Notes under the pieces: generated by a model
The model's input: only the letters and a program-made list of their open reading frames with translations
Told to the model about the DNA's origin: nothing
Database searches by the model: none
Shown here: in pieces, positions 11,636-26,452 of the stretch
How the letters are laid out: each line of letters begins with the position of its first letter
Numbering within the stretch: the stretch's first letter is position 1
Source: Octopus sinensis
Taxonomy: Eukaryota
Direction of reading: 5' to 3'
Assembly (NCBI RefSeq): GCF_006345805.1
Contig: NC_043006.1
Coordinates: 74,338,001 to 74,402,000 of the forward strand
DNA: 64,000 bases
Position numbers and translations under genes: made by a program

Positions 11636-11649
11636 AATATTAACCACAA

Positions 11650-12250
11650 ATACGCAGGTGAGATGAATAAACTGTCATCTAAATTACGTAAAAATGAAAA
11701 TAACACTGACATCCCATTTTAACACATACATTTACAAAAATTACATAAAAATATGTTGAAATACTGAAGAGGAAATTTAGTCAAGAAAATCGCCATTGGC
11801 TTCAACCACGGCCACCAGACGACTTCGGAATCACTTGCAACCCTTCTGGATGGTTTTGTTTAAGCTGGTGAATGCTGCCATAATCCTTACGTTCGGGTTA
11901 TCTGGTGTTACAAGAAGTTTTGCTGGTCATTCGCTCAACTACGCCACACGCATAATAATCAAAGGGGCTGCAGTCTGGGGAGTTACGTTGCCAGATGTTA
12001 GAGGTGATGTGGTCGCAGAAATTGTCTGACAGCCATGACTGAGTACTTTTGTTTGTGTGCAAAGTCATGTTGCGAGACATGGAGTGTTTCACCAGTTACC
12101 CTCTTGACCCAGGGTAGTAGTACCTCGTCCAGGCACTTGATGTAGGCCTCCGTGTTGAGTGTGAGGTCGTGTGGGAAGATGAATGTATCACTCTCGATAC
12201 ATGTCATCTGATTGCAATGTCCTGAGATTGACATCCAAACAAGCTCGTTC
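11650..12250 (-). mobile_element. Tc1/mariner transposase C-terminal relic
   Basis: FPHDLTLNTEAYIKCLDEVLLPWVKRV, then WLSDNFCDHITSNIWQRNSPDCSPFDYYACGVVE (degenerate WPPNSPDCNPLDY motif); frameshifted. Confidence 0.8.
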
Positions 12251-12258
12251 TGCAGGTT

Positions 12259-12292
<34 letters not shown>

Positions 12293-12711
12293 TGTGTGTG
12301 TACATACATACATACATACATACATACATACAGATAGACATATTTACATGTGTGTTTTTGTGTTTGCACCAATACCTCTTGCTTGAAAACCGGTGTTGAG
12401 TTGTCTTTACGTCGTCGTAACTCTTCAAAGCGATGTCTCAGTATGACCGCAGTCCAATGACCGAAACAATCTGTAGGTACGACATGATATGAACGTATGC
12501 ATACTGGGCATGCGTACATACAAGTCTGTCTAGATCAATGACTTACTGATTGACGTGACATAATAGTATGGTTCTTTTTTAATTGAAGAACACGTTGGCG
12601 TGTACACAGTTACTGCATCAGGACGAGCAAGCTACGGCGATTGGTTGTTGCGCCGTTTAAAAAAAATTGTTTTCATTTTGGACATATCTCCAATACACAC
12701 ACACACAGATG

Positions 12712-12744
<33 letters not shown>

Positions 12745-13120
12745 TATATATTATATATATATATATATATATAATATATATATATATATATAATAAATAT
12801 AATATTTATATATGAGATATTTCTCTATTATAAGTGGTTCTTTGTCATCTGTTTTACAAACGAAGCTAATCCATCATTTTACGTCATGGTCTTGACTAGT
12901 CGAAGAGTTAGGTTAAACGACTTACAATTGCATAATGGATAATTCCTTTTCAGTTCCTCCTTCATCTGCTCCTTCTCCTTCTTCATCTGCTCCTCCTTCC
13001 ATTTCCTTTCCTTGTCTTCCTTTTTGTGCTTAATTTCGTCCCCCTTCTTTGTCTTGTTCTCCTTCCCTCAGCTACCCCTCCCTTTTCTCCTCCTATTAAC
13101 TTCTTCCTTCAACCCTCTTA

Positions 13121-13186
13121 TCTTCTTCTTCTTCTTCTTCTTCTTCTTCTTCTTCTTCTTCTTCTTCTTCTTCTTCTTCTTCTTCT
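13121..13186. repeat. (CTT)n microsatellite in a pyrimidine-rich tract
   Basis: Direct inspection. Confidence 0.95.
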
Positions 13187-13425
13187 TTCCTCCTCTTCTG
13201 TTTTTCTCTTCTTTCTACTTTGCCGTCTTTCTTCTCCCACTTCTTTTCCACTTCCTTCCCATTCTTTTCGTGTTCTTGTTTTTCATCATCATCATCATCA
13301 TCATGTTCATTTCTTCTTCCTACGCGTCTTATTCTTTTCTCATTTTTCTTCACCTGTGTCACTGTCTACTTATTTCACTAGCGCCCCCTCTCCCTATCTC
13401 TCTTTCTCTCTCTTTTTTTCCTCTG

Positions 13426-13459
<34 letters not shown>

Positions 13460-13963
13460 CTACACGTTATATGAAATGTCACATCCTTCTGTTCTCAGGA
13501 AGTCAAGAAATATGGAGCATAGAACTATAATACTCTTCACAATGAAAGATATATAAAGATATTAACTTGAGTATGCGCTTTTTAGAATAAAGGTCCGGGA
13601 TCCTAAGAAGCTGGAGAGATCCTGTGGCGGTAACATTCAATGTAAATAAGAGCTAGTCCATATAATGTTGGTGGATAAAATCGGCATGTGGATTTGGAAG
13701 CTTAATGTTTTGGGCACTTGCTCCTCAATAGAGAGTAGAAAATATACAATATATATTTACATAACCACTTTTATCATCATCTATAAAAAGCCACTTTTCA
13801 TTTTGCTTTTGCGTGGTGAATGATAACAGTCCGAAACGGTAAATAGGATTTGCGTGTGTTCACACACACACACAGAAGCTCGCGCTCATGCGCACACACT
13901 CAGACTCATATACATATTACACACACAAACACAAATACTCTCACATACATGTATGTATATATA

Positions 13964-14035
<72 letters not shown>

Positions 14036-14274
14036 AGTAATGAATAGCTTATGACGAAACCATGGTATGCTTTCTGACTCTTTAATCATCTCATAATAAT
14101 GACTTTTATGACTTTTATTACTACCTCAGTCCATCTAATGTATATATCTGTCGTTACCTTTCATAAAAAGCCTTTTCTCTTTTTATTTACAATGTGCATT
14201 TTCGTTGATTCTTCTTATTTTCCCCTTACATTTCCACGTGCATTTTCTATTTTCTTTTTGTAACATATTTCTAC

Positions 14275-14359
<85 letters not shown>

Positions 14360-15289
14360 AAGAGAAAGAGTGAGAGAGAGAAGGAGATTCCACGAACTCT
14401 CATTCATTGTAGGCGTTTGAATTGTACCTAATCACACTCGCTGTGACGGGAATGAAGGTCATAACTTTGTCTCACGTTCTTCAAATTCACTAAAAAATAT
14501 CACAAAAAATTTTCTTCACATATTACAGCAAAAATACACAATCCAGTTTTAAAATGTCAGGAATGTGATTTTGAATGAGATTCGATACTATTTCTTTCAG
14601 ATGGAGGGAGCGTAATGCTTTGCCTGTTGACTTTGAGACAATAGAGGAACTAAACAATACTTATACAGACCCCCTATCATTTTCCCTCTCCACATAAAGG
14701 TGCACGCATGTCTTTGTGGTTAGGCAGTTCACTGTACAACAACTTCACTTCATAATATAGAAATTCGTAGCTATAATTTCACATAATTCAGCTTGGCGCC
14801 GACCATTTCTGACAATTCACCACCCAGCAGAGATAACCTTTGATAACCAAAATTAACAATATCAATATTAGAAAACACTAACTTAATTATGGTTAAGAGA
14901 ATGACGGATAAATGACTCTGATTCTAGAACGCTTTCATTCCTTGCAGGCATTCTCCTGGTCGGGTACATTGTTCTCTGTATTTTTTTCTAGCACGTTACT
15001 TTTCCAAGAGACTACTTAACTATAGTAAAATTAACCAACGAAATATACGTCAATGTAGATTAATATTTAATCTTTCTCAGATCAAGTTTGCAAACTTAAG
15101 GAAACTCGATTGTCTTTAAAGATCTAATGCCATGTGAAATGTATGAGCATCACGAAATCTTATTCCCTTTGCATATTTATATCGATATTATTTGTCTGTA
15201 AGAAATTAATTTTACATTAAACGATTGCACATCTAATGACAATTATTTACAGCATAAGGAAATGAACAATTAAGATGCATTCATGACTC

Positions 15290-15655
15290 TTTCATTTGTC
15301 ATTGGACTGCAGCCATAGAGGGCATTGCCTTGCTGTGCAGTGTTCAGTCGTACAAATAGTTAACTGGTTCAAATCTGGCGTTTATTATATCGGTCTCTTT
15401 TACCGAACTTCTACGTGACGTAGACGGTAACAGACCAACACCGGTTATCAAGCGGTGGGCAAGGGACAAACTCAAACACACACATGTACGTATATATACT
15501 CATATATGACCAAGATTCTTTACAGTTTCCAACTACCAAATTCACTCACAAGGCACGATGTACAGTAGAAGATACTTGACTCAGGCACTGCACAATGAGA
15601 CTAACCACGAAACTGTGATTTTAAAGCGATCTTCTTAACCGCACACCCAAGTTTG
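15290..15655 (-). mobile_element. SINE family A, diverged
   Basis: Matches to the family A body and tail. Confidence 0.6.
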
Positions 15656-16620
15656 CACCTGTTTATTCTTTTAATTTATTTTATTTTTGTTTACAGTAAC
15701 AGATCGATATTCTGATTTGTAAAATTTCCACAGTTTTGTCAGGTTCAATACAGTGAAACTTTTTAAGTGGCCAGCTGGCAGAATGTTTAGCACGCCGGGT
15801 AAAATTCTTAGCAGCTTTTCTGAGTTCTTATTCTGCCGATGTCCACTTTGCCTTTCATCCTTTCGGAGTTGATAAAATAAGTACCAGTTATACACTGGGG
15901 TGGATGTAAATGATTTACCTCTTCCCCAGATATTGCTGGCCTTATGACAAAATTTAAAACCAATATAGTGAAACTTCTTGTACATCAGTTCAAGACATAT
16001 GTTGATACAGTGGCAAATGTCTCTTCTTTGGTGCAATTTACTAGTCTTTGCTTCATTGCAAGCCCCCTCTCTAACCACATCACTCTTCCGCTCGTTAACA
16101 TTGCCTCTTCACCCTCAGAACTTTCCAGATCGATGAAGCAAATCACTTCAGGTATTTCGGCACGACTTACCTTTTTTTTCTCCTATACTATGTCTTTAAA
16201 ACAAGGTGAATGGATCTCCACCAGTTTCGACGGTGAGGATTCAGTTGCTGGCTCAACTGAATGACTGAATCATTGATTCGGTGTGAAGGTGGCAGAGCAT
16301 TACACACGCCCATACATGTGCGCGCGCGTATACCAGTAATATGTTCCTAAAGTAGATGCAAATAGGCCAAAAATAGCTGAAATTTTGCATTACGGGTACA
16401 ATCCATTCAACAGGCTCTGTGCACAATTTCTGTCTACCTAATTTCACTCACAACCTTTGGATTGGCCCAAGGCTATTTGAAAAGACACCCAGCATGACTG
16501 GTATCGAACCCAGGACCTCGTAATTGCAAAGCAATCTTCTTAACCATTAGGCCATACTGCATTAACTCGCTATATTAAACTCCAAATAACCCAACAACCA
16601 TCTTTCTCTTTCTCCACCGC

Positions 16621-16656
<36 letters not shown>

Positions 16657-16658
16657 GC

Positions 16659-16698
<40 letters not shown>

Positions 16699-16744
16699 AT
16701 CATCTATCTATCTATCTATCTATCTACCTATCTCTCTATCTACA

Positions 16745-16803
<59 letters not shown>

Positions 16804-18164
16804 TTATCTATTTATCTATCTATCTGTCTGTCTGTCTGTCTCTCTCTATCTGTTCGTCCGTACGTCTGTCTGTCTGTCTAGTTACTTATCTATGTATATG
16901 TTTCCTGCTTTGTCTTTTCCTCTTCAAATTATTTCACAGTGAAACTAAATATGTTTGCATATAACAATGTCATACATCACATGTGATATATTTTCTGCGC
17001 TATTCCTCGATTGCTTATCATTAATTCAACGGACGGGTCTAGATTTAAACTCGTATAAGACAATTTCTCCCCAATCCATACTGGAGAAAACGTGATGTAC
17101 TCTAGATTTTTGTTAAAACATAAATATTCTAAAAGCAAACAAAATTACATTCTTCGATTATTGCCTACGTGTCCACGCTATATTTCCTTCCACCCAACTC
17201 CTTTCACCACAAGCCATATTTTTCTCCATCTTTAAATTTGGATTATAGCTACTGAACCTCCATTACGGCGAGACTAACTTTTATTGAATATATAGAATGA
17301 ATATATTAATTCATACGTTCGTTTATCTTCTTTTGTCTAATATATTTTGTAATATTTTCCAAAAGTGTTTGAAAAACGTGGCTGTACAAATGCTTATCTG
17401 TTGTTTATTTTAGCAAACATATGTGAGTGTACATTATATTTCGTGCTTAAAAATCAAGCGCGACGCATAAAATCGATTAATTCAACTCAATTTTTTTTCA
17501 ATCGATTAATGAAAATGAAAATTAACGAAACAGATGATCGTCCCTATCGACAACAACAAAAAAAACAAAATATTAATAAAATTGATGTTCTTTCACAGAG
17601 CGTGTAATAGAGAACCATTAAATGAAATTATCCAACAAAAATGTTCCGGTAATGAAAGGGCAGAGATATGGAATAAATATGCATTTACGTTAACGTTCTA
17701 ATCTCCCAAGGAACAAACACCAATTCAGTAATCTTTGAATATCACTGGAACAGTTCTAAAAGGGATTTGACTTGTGGAATTCGTGGAACGAAAATAGTGA
17801 GATTGAGACGTTCTGAGATACAAACTTTTGGTCACTGTCTTGCTGCTCTTATAGGAAAATTATATAAAATAGCACACAACTTATCCTCTGTCTCACAATA
17901 TAGAAATATTTCTCATGGCACCAGCAGACAAAATGGAAAAGACATTGCCCCGGAGGGTAGCGAGGGAGATGGACAGGGACAGCCACTCTGACTCACAGGG
18001 CTCGCACATGCGGGCTGCAAACTCCGCTGCAATAGTGGTGAGCAAGGATATGTTCTGGGGCCCAAGAACGTCGTAGATTTCACCTACCACAGGCTCCACC
18101 ATAAATCTGCCGGAGACAACCAATACCTTAACAGTTTGCTTTTCTCAGCATGACGAACAGCGGA

Positions 18165-18222
18165 GCCACGTGCTCAGATAGTTGACACCAGCAACTTGGT
18201 GTCAACTATCTCAGCACGTGGC
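18165..18222. repeat. 26-bp inverted repeat hairpin with 6-nt loop
   Basis: GCCACGTGCTCAGATAGTTGACACCA-GCAACT-TGGTGTCAACTATCTCAGCACGTGGC; one mismatch. Confidence 0.92.
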
Positions 18223-18784
18223 ATCTCAGATGAGGGATCTACAGCCACGGGACGGGAAAATTGTCATGCTACCGTCGTTATTGACGTCTATTTTTTATGT
18301 GGTGTGCGTCTTAGGTTCGTACCAAAGTTGAGCCTTAATGCAAAGCAATTTTTATGATCAAAACGATTCCATCGACAGCCACATTATCGTTTCGGACATA
18401 GTTTATCTCTCTCAGTTCTCCCAGACAACATTATTGGTATTTTATTTATCGACTCTGAAATGAACGTTTGAAAGGAAAAGCTACTAGCAGCAGAAGTTTA
18501 ACTCAGAGCGTCGAGATACGAATGGATTACCGCAGACCCATCCATCCGACCCACTAAAGATTCTGCCAATTGACCGTTTGTGTGTGTGAGTATGTATGCG
18601 TGTGTGTATGTGGGTGGGTGCGTGTGTGTGTGAACACACGTGTATGTGTATGTGTTTACGTGTGTGTGAACGCCAATTTGTATGTGTGTTTGCGAGTGTG
18701 TGTATATGTGTGTGTGTACATATGTGAGTGTGTGCATGTATATATTATGTATGTATAGATAGATAGCACATACACACACACACT

Positions 18785-18844
<60 letters not shown>

Positions 18845-19433
18845 ACACATACATATGTAAACTAAATTTAAGATCGTATGTAGTCGGGAAAGTTACAGTC
18901 ACCATTTACGTGAGATTTCTGAGCTGAGCTAAAAATCGTTTTGGTTGCCCTTAGAGAACGAGATCTTGCTCATAGCGAGGAAACGTTAGAGAGACTAAGT
19001 AATTCTGCATGCGTGGTTGGGAAAAGAACAATGGCAGCAGAAAGATGAAAACAATATGAGACAGGATGATGTTGAGTCAAAAAAGGAGACGAATTGAATG
19101 GATTGCCGGTCGAAGGCTAAGGAATGGCTTCTGTTGTCCTATATTCGTTTACCTGTCAGTACACACAGTGTCATACACGTTAGGAGACAGTGTTTTGCAT
19201 AGAGTAAACGTACTGATATCATAATATCACTCACGGACAAAAATACAAACTCACAGACACACAGACACGCACGAGCACACACTCACACACACACACACAC
19301 ACACATACTTGTGACTATATAGGCACCTTAAAGAATTAGCAAAAGTATGGCACCAAGTACTATGTCATTGTTACTTGTTAGTGACAGTGAATGTCTTTCT
19401 TTTTGTATACACGCATACATGCATATGCAGATT

Positions 19434-19492
<59 letters not shown>

Positions 19493-20380
19493 TCAAAATA
19501 AGCAACAAGAATATCTCCGGTAGTTATTGTTGTTGCTTATTTTGATTATAATCACCCCATGGATTTATAAGGATAACACCATACAAAATTCTGGTGCATC
19601 TAACTTAAGTAACATATTCATTTGAATCTAAATTTTGCTGAACTTATATATATATATATATATTGGGGAGAGTTTACGAAAAAAAACATATATATGTATG
19701 TATGTATGTATCTATAGGGAATGAAAAGTATTTACATGTAAACAAGAAATGACGAATTAGTCTTATCTCTACAGCTGTTTCGAATGAAACTTGATTAATA
19801 CCATAGACATGTCTATTGCGTAATAAAGATCTATAATATTGTAGGTGTATAGAATTACACAAAATTTTATCGATCCGTGACAAAGATTCTGCCTAAAAGC
19901 TTTCTTCAATACACTATGTGTATATGTGTGGATGTATGTGTGTGAGTGCGTGTGTACGTGGGTTTATTTGTTGAAGGAGAAATGAGAAGAAAGTACGAAA
20001 AGAAAGATAAATTAATGAAAGAGGAAATCCATAAAAACTTATACAAAGCGTAATGCTGAACATGAGATAAGGCTAGAGAAAAAGAATGAAGCCGAAAAGT
20101 GAAATAAATATGAACGTAATTTAACGAAATCCGCCTGCTAGATACAGCTATGATTAATTGTCGTACTAGTGGAGTGGGCGGATAGCAATGTATGCCGTTG
20201 TTATTGTACAGTTTGGATGAGCATCGTCTTCTGCTCAAAGGCATACATACAGAAACACAGACACAAACATGTATCTATATCTATGTATGTCTCTCTGTCC
20301 CTCTGTCTATGTCTGTCTGCCTCCTCTCTCTCTCTCTATATATATATCTATCTATACATACATATATGTATAAATATATA

Positions 20381-20444
<64 letters not shown>

Positions 20445-20612
20445 TTGTTTATATTGTATAAAGGGCATTTATGTGTAATAATGCCTTCTATACAATATAA
20501 ACAAATGTTTTCAAGTGAAAAAATTTTCAGATTTTTTCTCTTATGAGCTTTTTCACGCTAACTACCTGATAATTTCTTGTTAAGATTCTTATTAAGATTT
20601 TATCCTTAATTG

Positions 20613-20658
<46 letters not shown>

Positions 20659-21302
20659 GTTTGTGTGTGTCTGTCTGTGTGGTCAAATGATTTGGCCATT
20701 TAAAGATTGCAAGGCTTTGACTTCGTGCGCGTCATGCATTTGAACAAAGCATGTTATTTCACATTACCCCAGTCCATTCGACTGAAAATCATTACAAGGT
20801 CATTGCTGATGTTGCCCTCTCTCCCTCTAAGCTGTCATACTTCGGGTGTCCTGCTTCATCAACGACGAAGTGATCTACAGGATTTACAATCGACTTAACC
20901 CATCACCAAAATTACTTGCATTGTGCCAAAATTAGAACCCAATATTAATGACACAGTGACACGTGATTTTGCGAGGTTTTTTTCTTATTTTTTTTTATTC
21001 ATTCATTTAATATTGCAGAGATAAAATGCAGCTATATATTAAATTTTGTCATTGAATCCACTCACTTCTGATATTTTGTTGTATTAGTGCATTACACCTT
21101 TTTGCGAATTTCTAACACGTTGGATACCATTGTACCTGATTTTGATCATTACATCTATTAATTCATAATTCGTCATGAGAAATTTCTTATATTAACTTAC
21201 GATTTAGTAACAATTGATCTTTCTCGTCAAGAGGATTTTCATATTTGCTTGGTAAGAATAATACGTTTAAGGTATTAATATCATTAACAGACTTAACACA
21301 CA

Positions 21303-21340
<38 letters not shown>

Positions 21341-21411
21341 ATATATGTATGTATACATACTCATATACATATACAAAGACGCACATCTGGCTGATATCTG
21401 TCTATCCATCC

Positions 21412-21485
<74 letters not shown>

Positions 21486-22039
21486 GTATCCATGTCTCTC
21501 TCTCTCTCCCTATATATATATATATATATATATATACGAGGGAGTGGATAAAGGAAAGAGAGTGGCTGTGAACATATTTAATATCGGTTTGACTCGGATC
21601 CACTGATCTGAAAGTCTTGGAACCTCGAGGTAACTCGTGAGTAACAGGAAATGAGACAATTTGAAGATGGCCTCTCCTGGTCGACCCACGTCACGTGGTG
21701 TCATTGCTTTGGGGGCGATATTTTTTCTTATCTTTGTTATCAGGATCATATGGTCTGATTGGATGTTGGTAAGGAACTGTTGCCATTATGTCTGGAGGCT
21801 GCAGTAATGCTTATTTAATGACATCAGTTTCTTCCTTTTACTGCTCGATGGCAGGACTGGGTGTTGTCGCAAGTTAGTGGAATACGAACGGTATAGCGGT
21901 GACAACCTTTCCGTGAGATTAACCAGATTTGGTGGAGCAAGGTCGGACTGTCGGCGTGGCTAGGATTGTAGTGTATACGTGTATCAGAAATTGAATATAC
22001 CCACTTAGTTAAACCTATGGTGGTATATCTGGATTGTCG

Positions 22040-22330
22040 GGTGCCAGTAGTTTATAGTTCATTATTATGGCATACCTCTTGTAGCAACAGTACGATAGTT
22101 GAAACTTCCTATTGATGGTTGCTGCAAGTTGGTGGAGTGCGTGAAATCTCTCGTGGAGGTGGTGTTGGCAATTACAAGCTTCAGGTGTCTGCAGAGGGAC
22201 CCTATCAATGATACTCCATTCGTGTGTGATAAAGTCATTCCCGTTGTCCCTAAAACTCCATATAAAACAGGGATGTGGAGTTTCTCTTAAACCTCCAACT
22301 GAAGGAGTACATATACTAGTATACCTTCCC
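22040..22330 (-). pseudogene. PLE GIY-YIG C-terminal fragment
   Basis: Part of ORF 22015-22383: HEWSIIDRVP...CNCQHHLHERFHAL...TINRK...CCYKRY resembles the PLE W.I...C.LC..EK..I...N.R.E...C.H ending. Confidence 0.45.
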
Positions 22331-22774
22331 TTGAAGTCCCTTACACAGGTAAACATACGCACAAACGCAGAATATATACTCATATAATAACTTTCACCCT
22401 TCGATGGTCATAATATCAAGAGTATTTATAAATGTCATATAATGGAATGTATATTTTTAGGATTTGCTTAAATTATATGAAAGTTGTTAAGAATTCGAAA
22501 CGTCTTGTACACGTTGTTTGAGACAACGAAATTAAACAAGGCATTACAATGATACAAGGATATGAGAAGAAATTCAAATGTCAATATTTGTATATTTTAG
22601 TAATTGCGAATTACTAAACAAACGAAGAACATACAAATATTGCTATGTGGATATGCATAAATTAATGCAAACATTGTGAGAATAAAATGAAAAATATGAG
22701 AATTATGTGAATATAAAAGAAGTTTAAAATGTAAGGAAATGCAGTATTAATAATGGCAATTATAAACTATAATA

Positions 22775-23015
22775 ATGGTAATAGTGATGATGATGATGAT
22801 GATAATGATGATGATGATGACGACAATGACGATGGTGACGACGACGACGATGATGACGATGATGACGATGATAATGACGATGATGATATTGATCATGTTG
22901 ACGAGGTCGACGACGACGACGATGATAATGATGATGACGATGATGGTGGTGATGGTGGTGGTGGTGGTGGCCGTAGTGGTGGTGGTGATTGTGGTAGTGG
23001 TGGTGGTGGTGATGA
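22775..23015. repeat. (GAT)/(GAC)/(GGT) microsatellite
   Basis: Direct inspection. Confidence 0.9.
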
Positions 23016-23119
23016 ATTAGTACTAAACGATACGGCTCACTACGCAATTTCTTGTCCTGGTAACTTAAATTCTTAAAAACCTTAAAAACATTCGAAAGTT
23101 TTTTTTTTGTATTTATTGA

Positions 23120-24110
23120 AACCGATCGGAAGAGAAGGCTGTTTTGAGCAATAATATTCCTCTACAATATCCACCATAGGTTATTGGCTGTTGCTCGATA
23201 TGTACTTATTATCTAACCGATGTCAAGCCTGATATAATCCATATTAAGATACTGAAGTCGTATTTCGCTTCTCAATCTATCAGAGAACTCTTAAATGTAT
23301 TTCCAGTAAAGGCCAATATAAATATTTTTAACAATCTTCCTGGAGATCATCTTTTCACAGTGACAAATTCTTTTGTGAGGTATTTGCCACCAAGAAAACA
23401 GCATGTTATATTAATGCAATTGTATTTGTGATGAACTGTGTAGAATATTTCTCTATGCGGAATATCTCTTGATGAAATATATTATGGATGCATTCAGATT
23501 TGCTGGTACAACTCTGACTGACTTTGATATGTTTATTGATATTATTTTGTATTAAGGTATTTGTAATAAAGATGGCTTCGTGGGAAATGCTTGCGTATAA
23601 AGCATATGAATCATTTGATATATTCAGCCAGAACAGGATTAAACTGAATAATTTTCTGTTTCTGGTTTCATTTGTTTTTATAATATTATGATGGTTACTG
23701 TATTCTTTCTGTGAATGAATCCTGTTTCAAGGCATCATTCTATGATCTGTCACTCAGTGAAGCGATTTTCCATCTAAAGCCATATTATTTATTATATGTT
23801 TTAGACGTACGTCGATGGTGATATATTCAGTTACAATATAATTTTCATTGGGTTTTCTGTGTGCGCAATATCTACTTGCCTTTAAGCTTGAAGATTTAGC
23901 AAGGGTTTTGTGTATCAATTATGAATGTTTCGAAAACCGTTATTAAATCTTTTGTAACACTAAATGATGGCCGTTCATATGGCGAGATATTATTAATGTA
24001 ATATCTTTGTAGAGATCTATTTCTAAAGCTATACATTTTGCGAAGCATATCAATTGAAGAAAGAAAGCATCGTTAGAGATAGGGCCGTATATAAATATAT
24101 AGATTTCTAT
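23120..24110 (-). pseudogene. Penelope-like element RT C-terminus plus GIY-YIG relic
   Basis: Minus-strand remnants KPNEN-YI, IASLSD, DALKQ (23722-23736), IRKHFP (23582-23599), LGGKYLTK and YIGL-TGNTFK (23290-23320), in the order expected for PLE ORFs; many stops and frameshifts. Confidence 0.65.
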
Positions 24111-25515
24111 AGGCACGCGCCGAAATTTTAAGTGGATTTGTATATACATACATATATATACATGTGTGTGCGTGTATTCGTGCATGTATTCTTGTACACA
24201 TGTATTTGTTTATAATATGTGTAATGCTGAACACTCGTTCTGTCTCCACTCAGTGTTTCATGCCGTGTGTGATCTTTCAGGTAACAAAAGTTGAATGGGG
24301 CGATTTATGGATACACAAATTGAAGACATTGCTGGTATCGTACTATTCAATTTTCATTGGTCAGCGTTCCTCAGGAGAAGAAAAACACAAGAATGTTTGA
24401 TGATCAGTTGGGAGGTCTCATAGGATTCAATTGTCTTTATAGCAAAGAATTCTTACTATTTTTTTCAGGCATCTCTACCAGTTAAATAAGAGTTGTTACC
24501 GTTCTACAATAGCAATTTTCTTAAAAGTATCTTTGTAGTTGGGAGCAAGCGGATAATATCTCGATTCTGTTTTTGGACAGCATTTTAAAGCTTTGACTTT
24601 GAGTATATTTTCAATGGTAGTATAACTCCACGCACCCCATATAATACCATAAAATGGCCATTTTAAAAAAAACCACCCATGCTACTCATCACAAATGACC
24701 TTTTCAAATCATATGATTAGATTCATAGTTACATGGCTAAGGCTGATAATTGAAAAGAAATAAAAATTGAAAAAACTATATTTTCTCTCGTCGACGTGGG
24801 CCACTCACGTCACGTCATTATCTTACGTCTCTTCGCAACATTTAAAAATGAGAAAAGATTGTAAATTTATGTTCGCCATTACATATTCTTGCCGACGTAG
24901 AACACTGCTAGTTTCATCGGACAATGTTTTCAAAAATTTATTTTTATGACTAGTTTATGTTATTTTGATAAGATGCCTCAAACTTCATAATGCGTCTTCG
25001 ACCTCTACTGAAGATATTGACTTCGTTATTCGTTCTATTCCTATGTCGTACTTCCAGGAATGGCAAACTAATTGGATTGTTGGTGTATAAGTAGGCTGAG
25101 AATCTTTGGAAATGTATGCGTATACGAATATAGATGTATGTATGTACGTATGTATGTATGAATGCATGTATGTATTTATGCATGTATGCATGAATCTATG
25201 TGTGTATATGTGTGTATGTATAGGTTGACAATGCTTTCCTTCTCGTCAAGCATTTTGCTGATTGTCTCAGCAGTTTATCTTCGTTTTTTCTCAATACTCA
25301 CCCGAGCAACACTAACATTTCTCATGGCTTTTATTTTCCTTTGACAACTTCCGTTCCGTTTCATGCATCTAGGTTTTTTATCCCATCCAGTTTTACTCTT
25401 TTTGCAATCAATCAAGTTCTTCCTTTACTTCACGCTAAGTCTTTTCAATTTCAGCCTCTGGGTTTGATTCGGATTATTTGTATCACCATTTGTTGCTATA
25501 CAATTTAAGCTTTAT

Positions 25516-25607
<92 letters not shown>

Positions 25608-26452
25608 TTGCTACAACAACAACTACTGCTACTACTGGTATAAGCATCATCATCATCATCATAATTGTTGTGGTCTTTTTGTTAGTATTGTTATTATCCT
25701 CATCAGCGTCTTCGTTAGTCTTCATCATCATCATTATACTCGTTGTGGTTGGAGTCGTCATGATGATAATCATCATCATCATCATCGTCATCGTCATCAT
25801 CATCATCATCATCCTCGTCATCATCACGATGAATATTATTATGCTTTTCAGCAAATGCAAGTCTTAGTTTTGCTCTCTCTATTAGATTTCGGATAACTAC
25901 CTTTTCCAAAGAATTTTATTATCTTGGAAACTAGGCATCATTTTAGTTGTTTGCGCCATTTCTAATTTTTTTCTTTTACTTTCTTTACAACCTAAATATA
26001 TCTTTTTCATATTTTAAACATTTTTTTCTTCTCGTCTCCTTCAACTTGATCCATAATGCCTTGAACCGAAGAAACGCTTCACAAAGCAAATCGAAAGAAG
26101 CAATTTCGCTACTCTGATAAAAAAAAATAATGATAAATAACTAGATATTTTTGAGAAAATTTTATTCTTTTAGAAATTCTGAGAACTTGCTGGGTGACTA
26201 CAAATGTGATGGCCAATGTATCATCGAACAGTCAATTCACTGCCTCAGCAACATCGTTTCATTCCCCAACCAATGTTACTTTCACGGCCTGGACACCAAC
26301 ACCGCATCCACCACCACTGTCATCACTACCGCATCCACCCTGACATCATTACTGCATCCACACAACGCTACCGCTACCGCTACGATACTGCCACAACAAC
26401 AACAACAATCACAACAACACTGACGCTCATATACAAACAGAAATATTAGCGT

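Noticed and set aside
14601-14699. Exon candidate after the TTTCTTTCAG acceptor (WRERNALPVDFETIEELNN...)
   Set aside because: The frame closes at TAA before the weak donor and cannot be joined to nearby acceptors; no homology.
15944-16264. 106-aa ORF with a partly open antisense frame
   Set aside because: No recognisable domain, and the antisense frame has an in-frame stop just before the AAG|GTAAGT donor.
22470-22510. GAAACGTC half-hammerhead
   Set aside because: No intact 5' core and no stem I; too degenerate to call.
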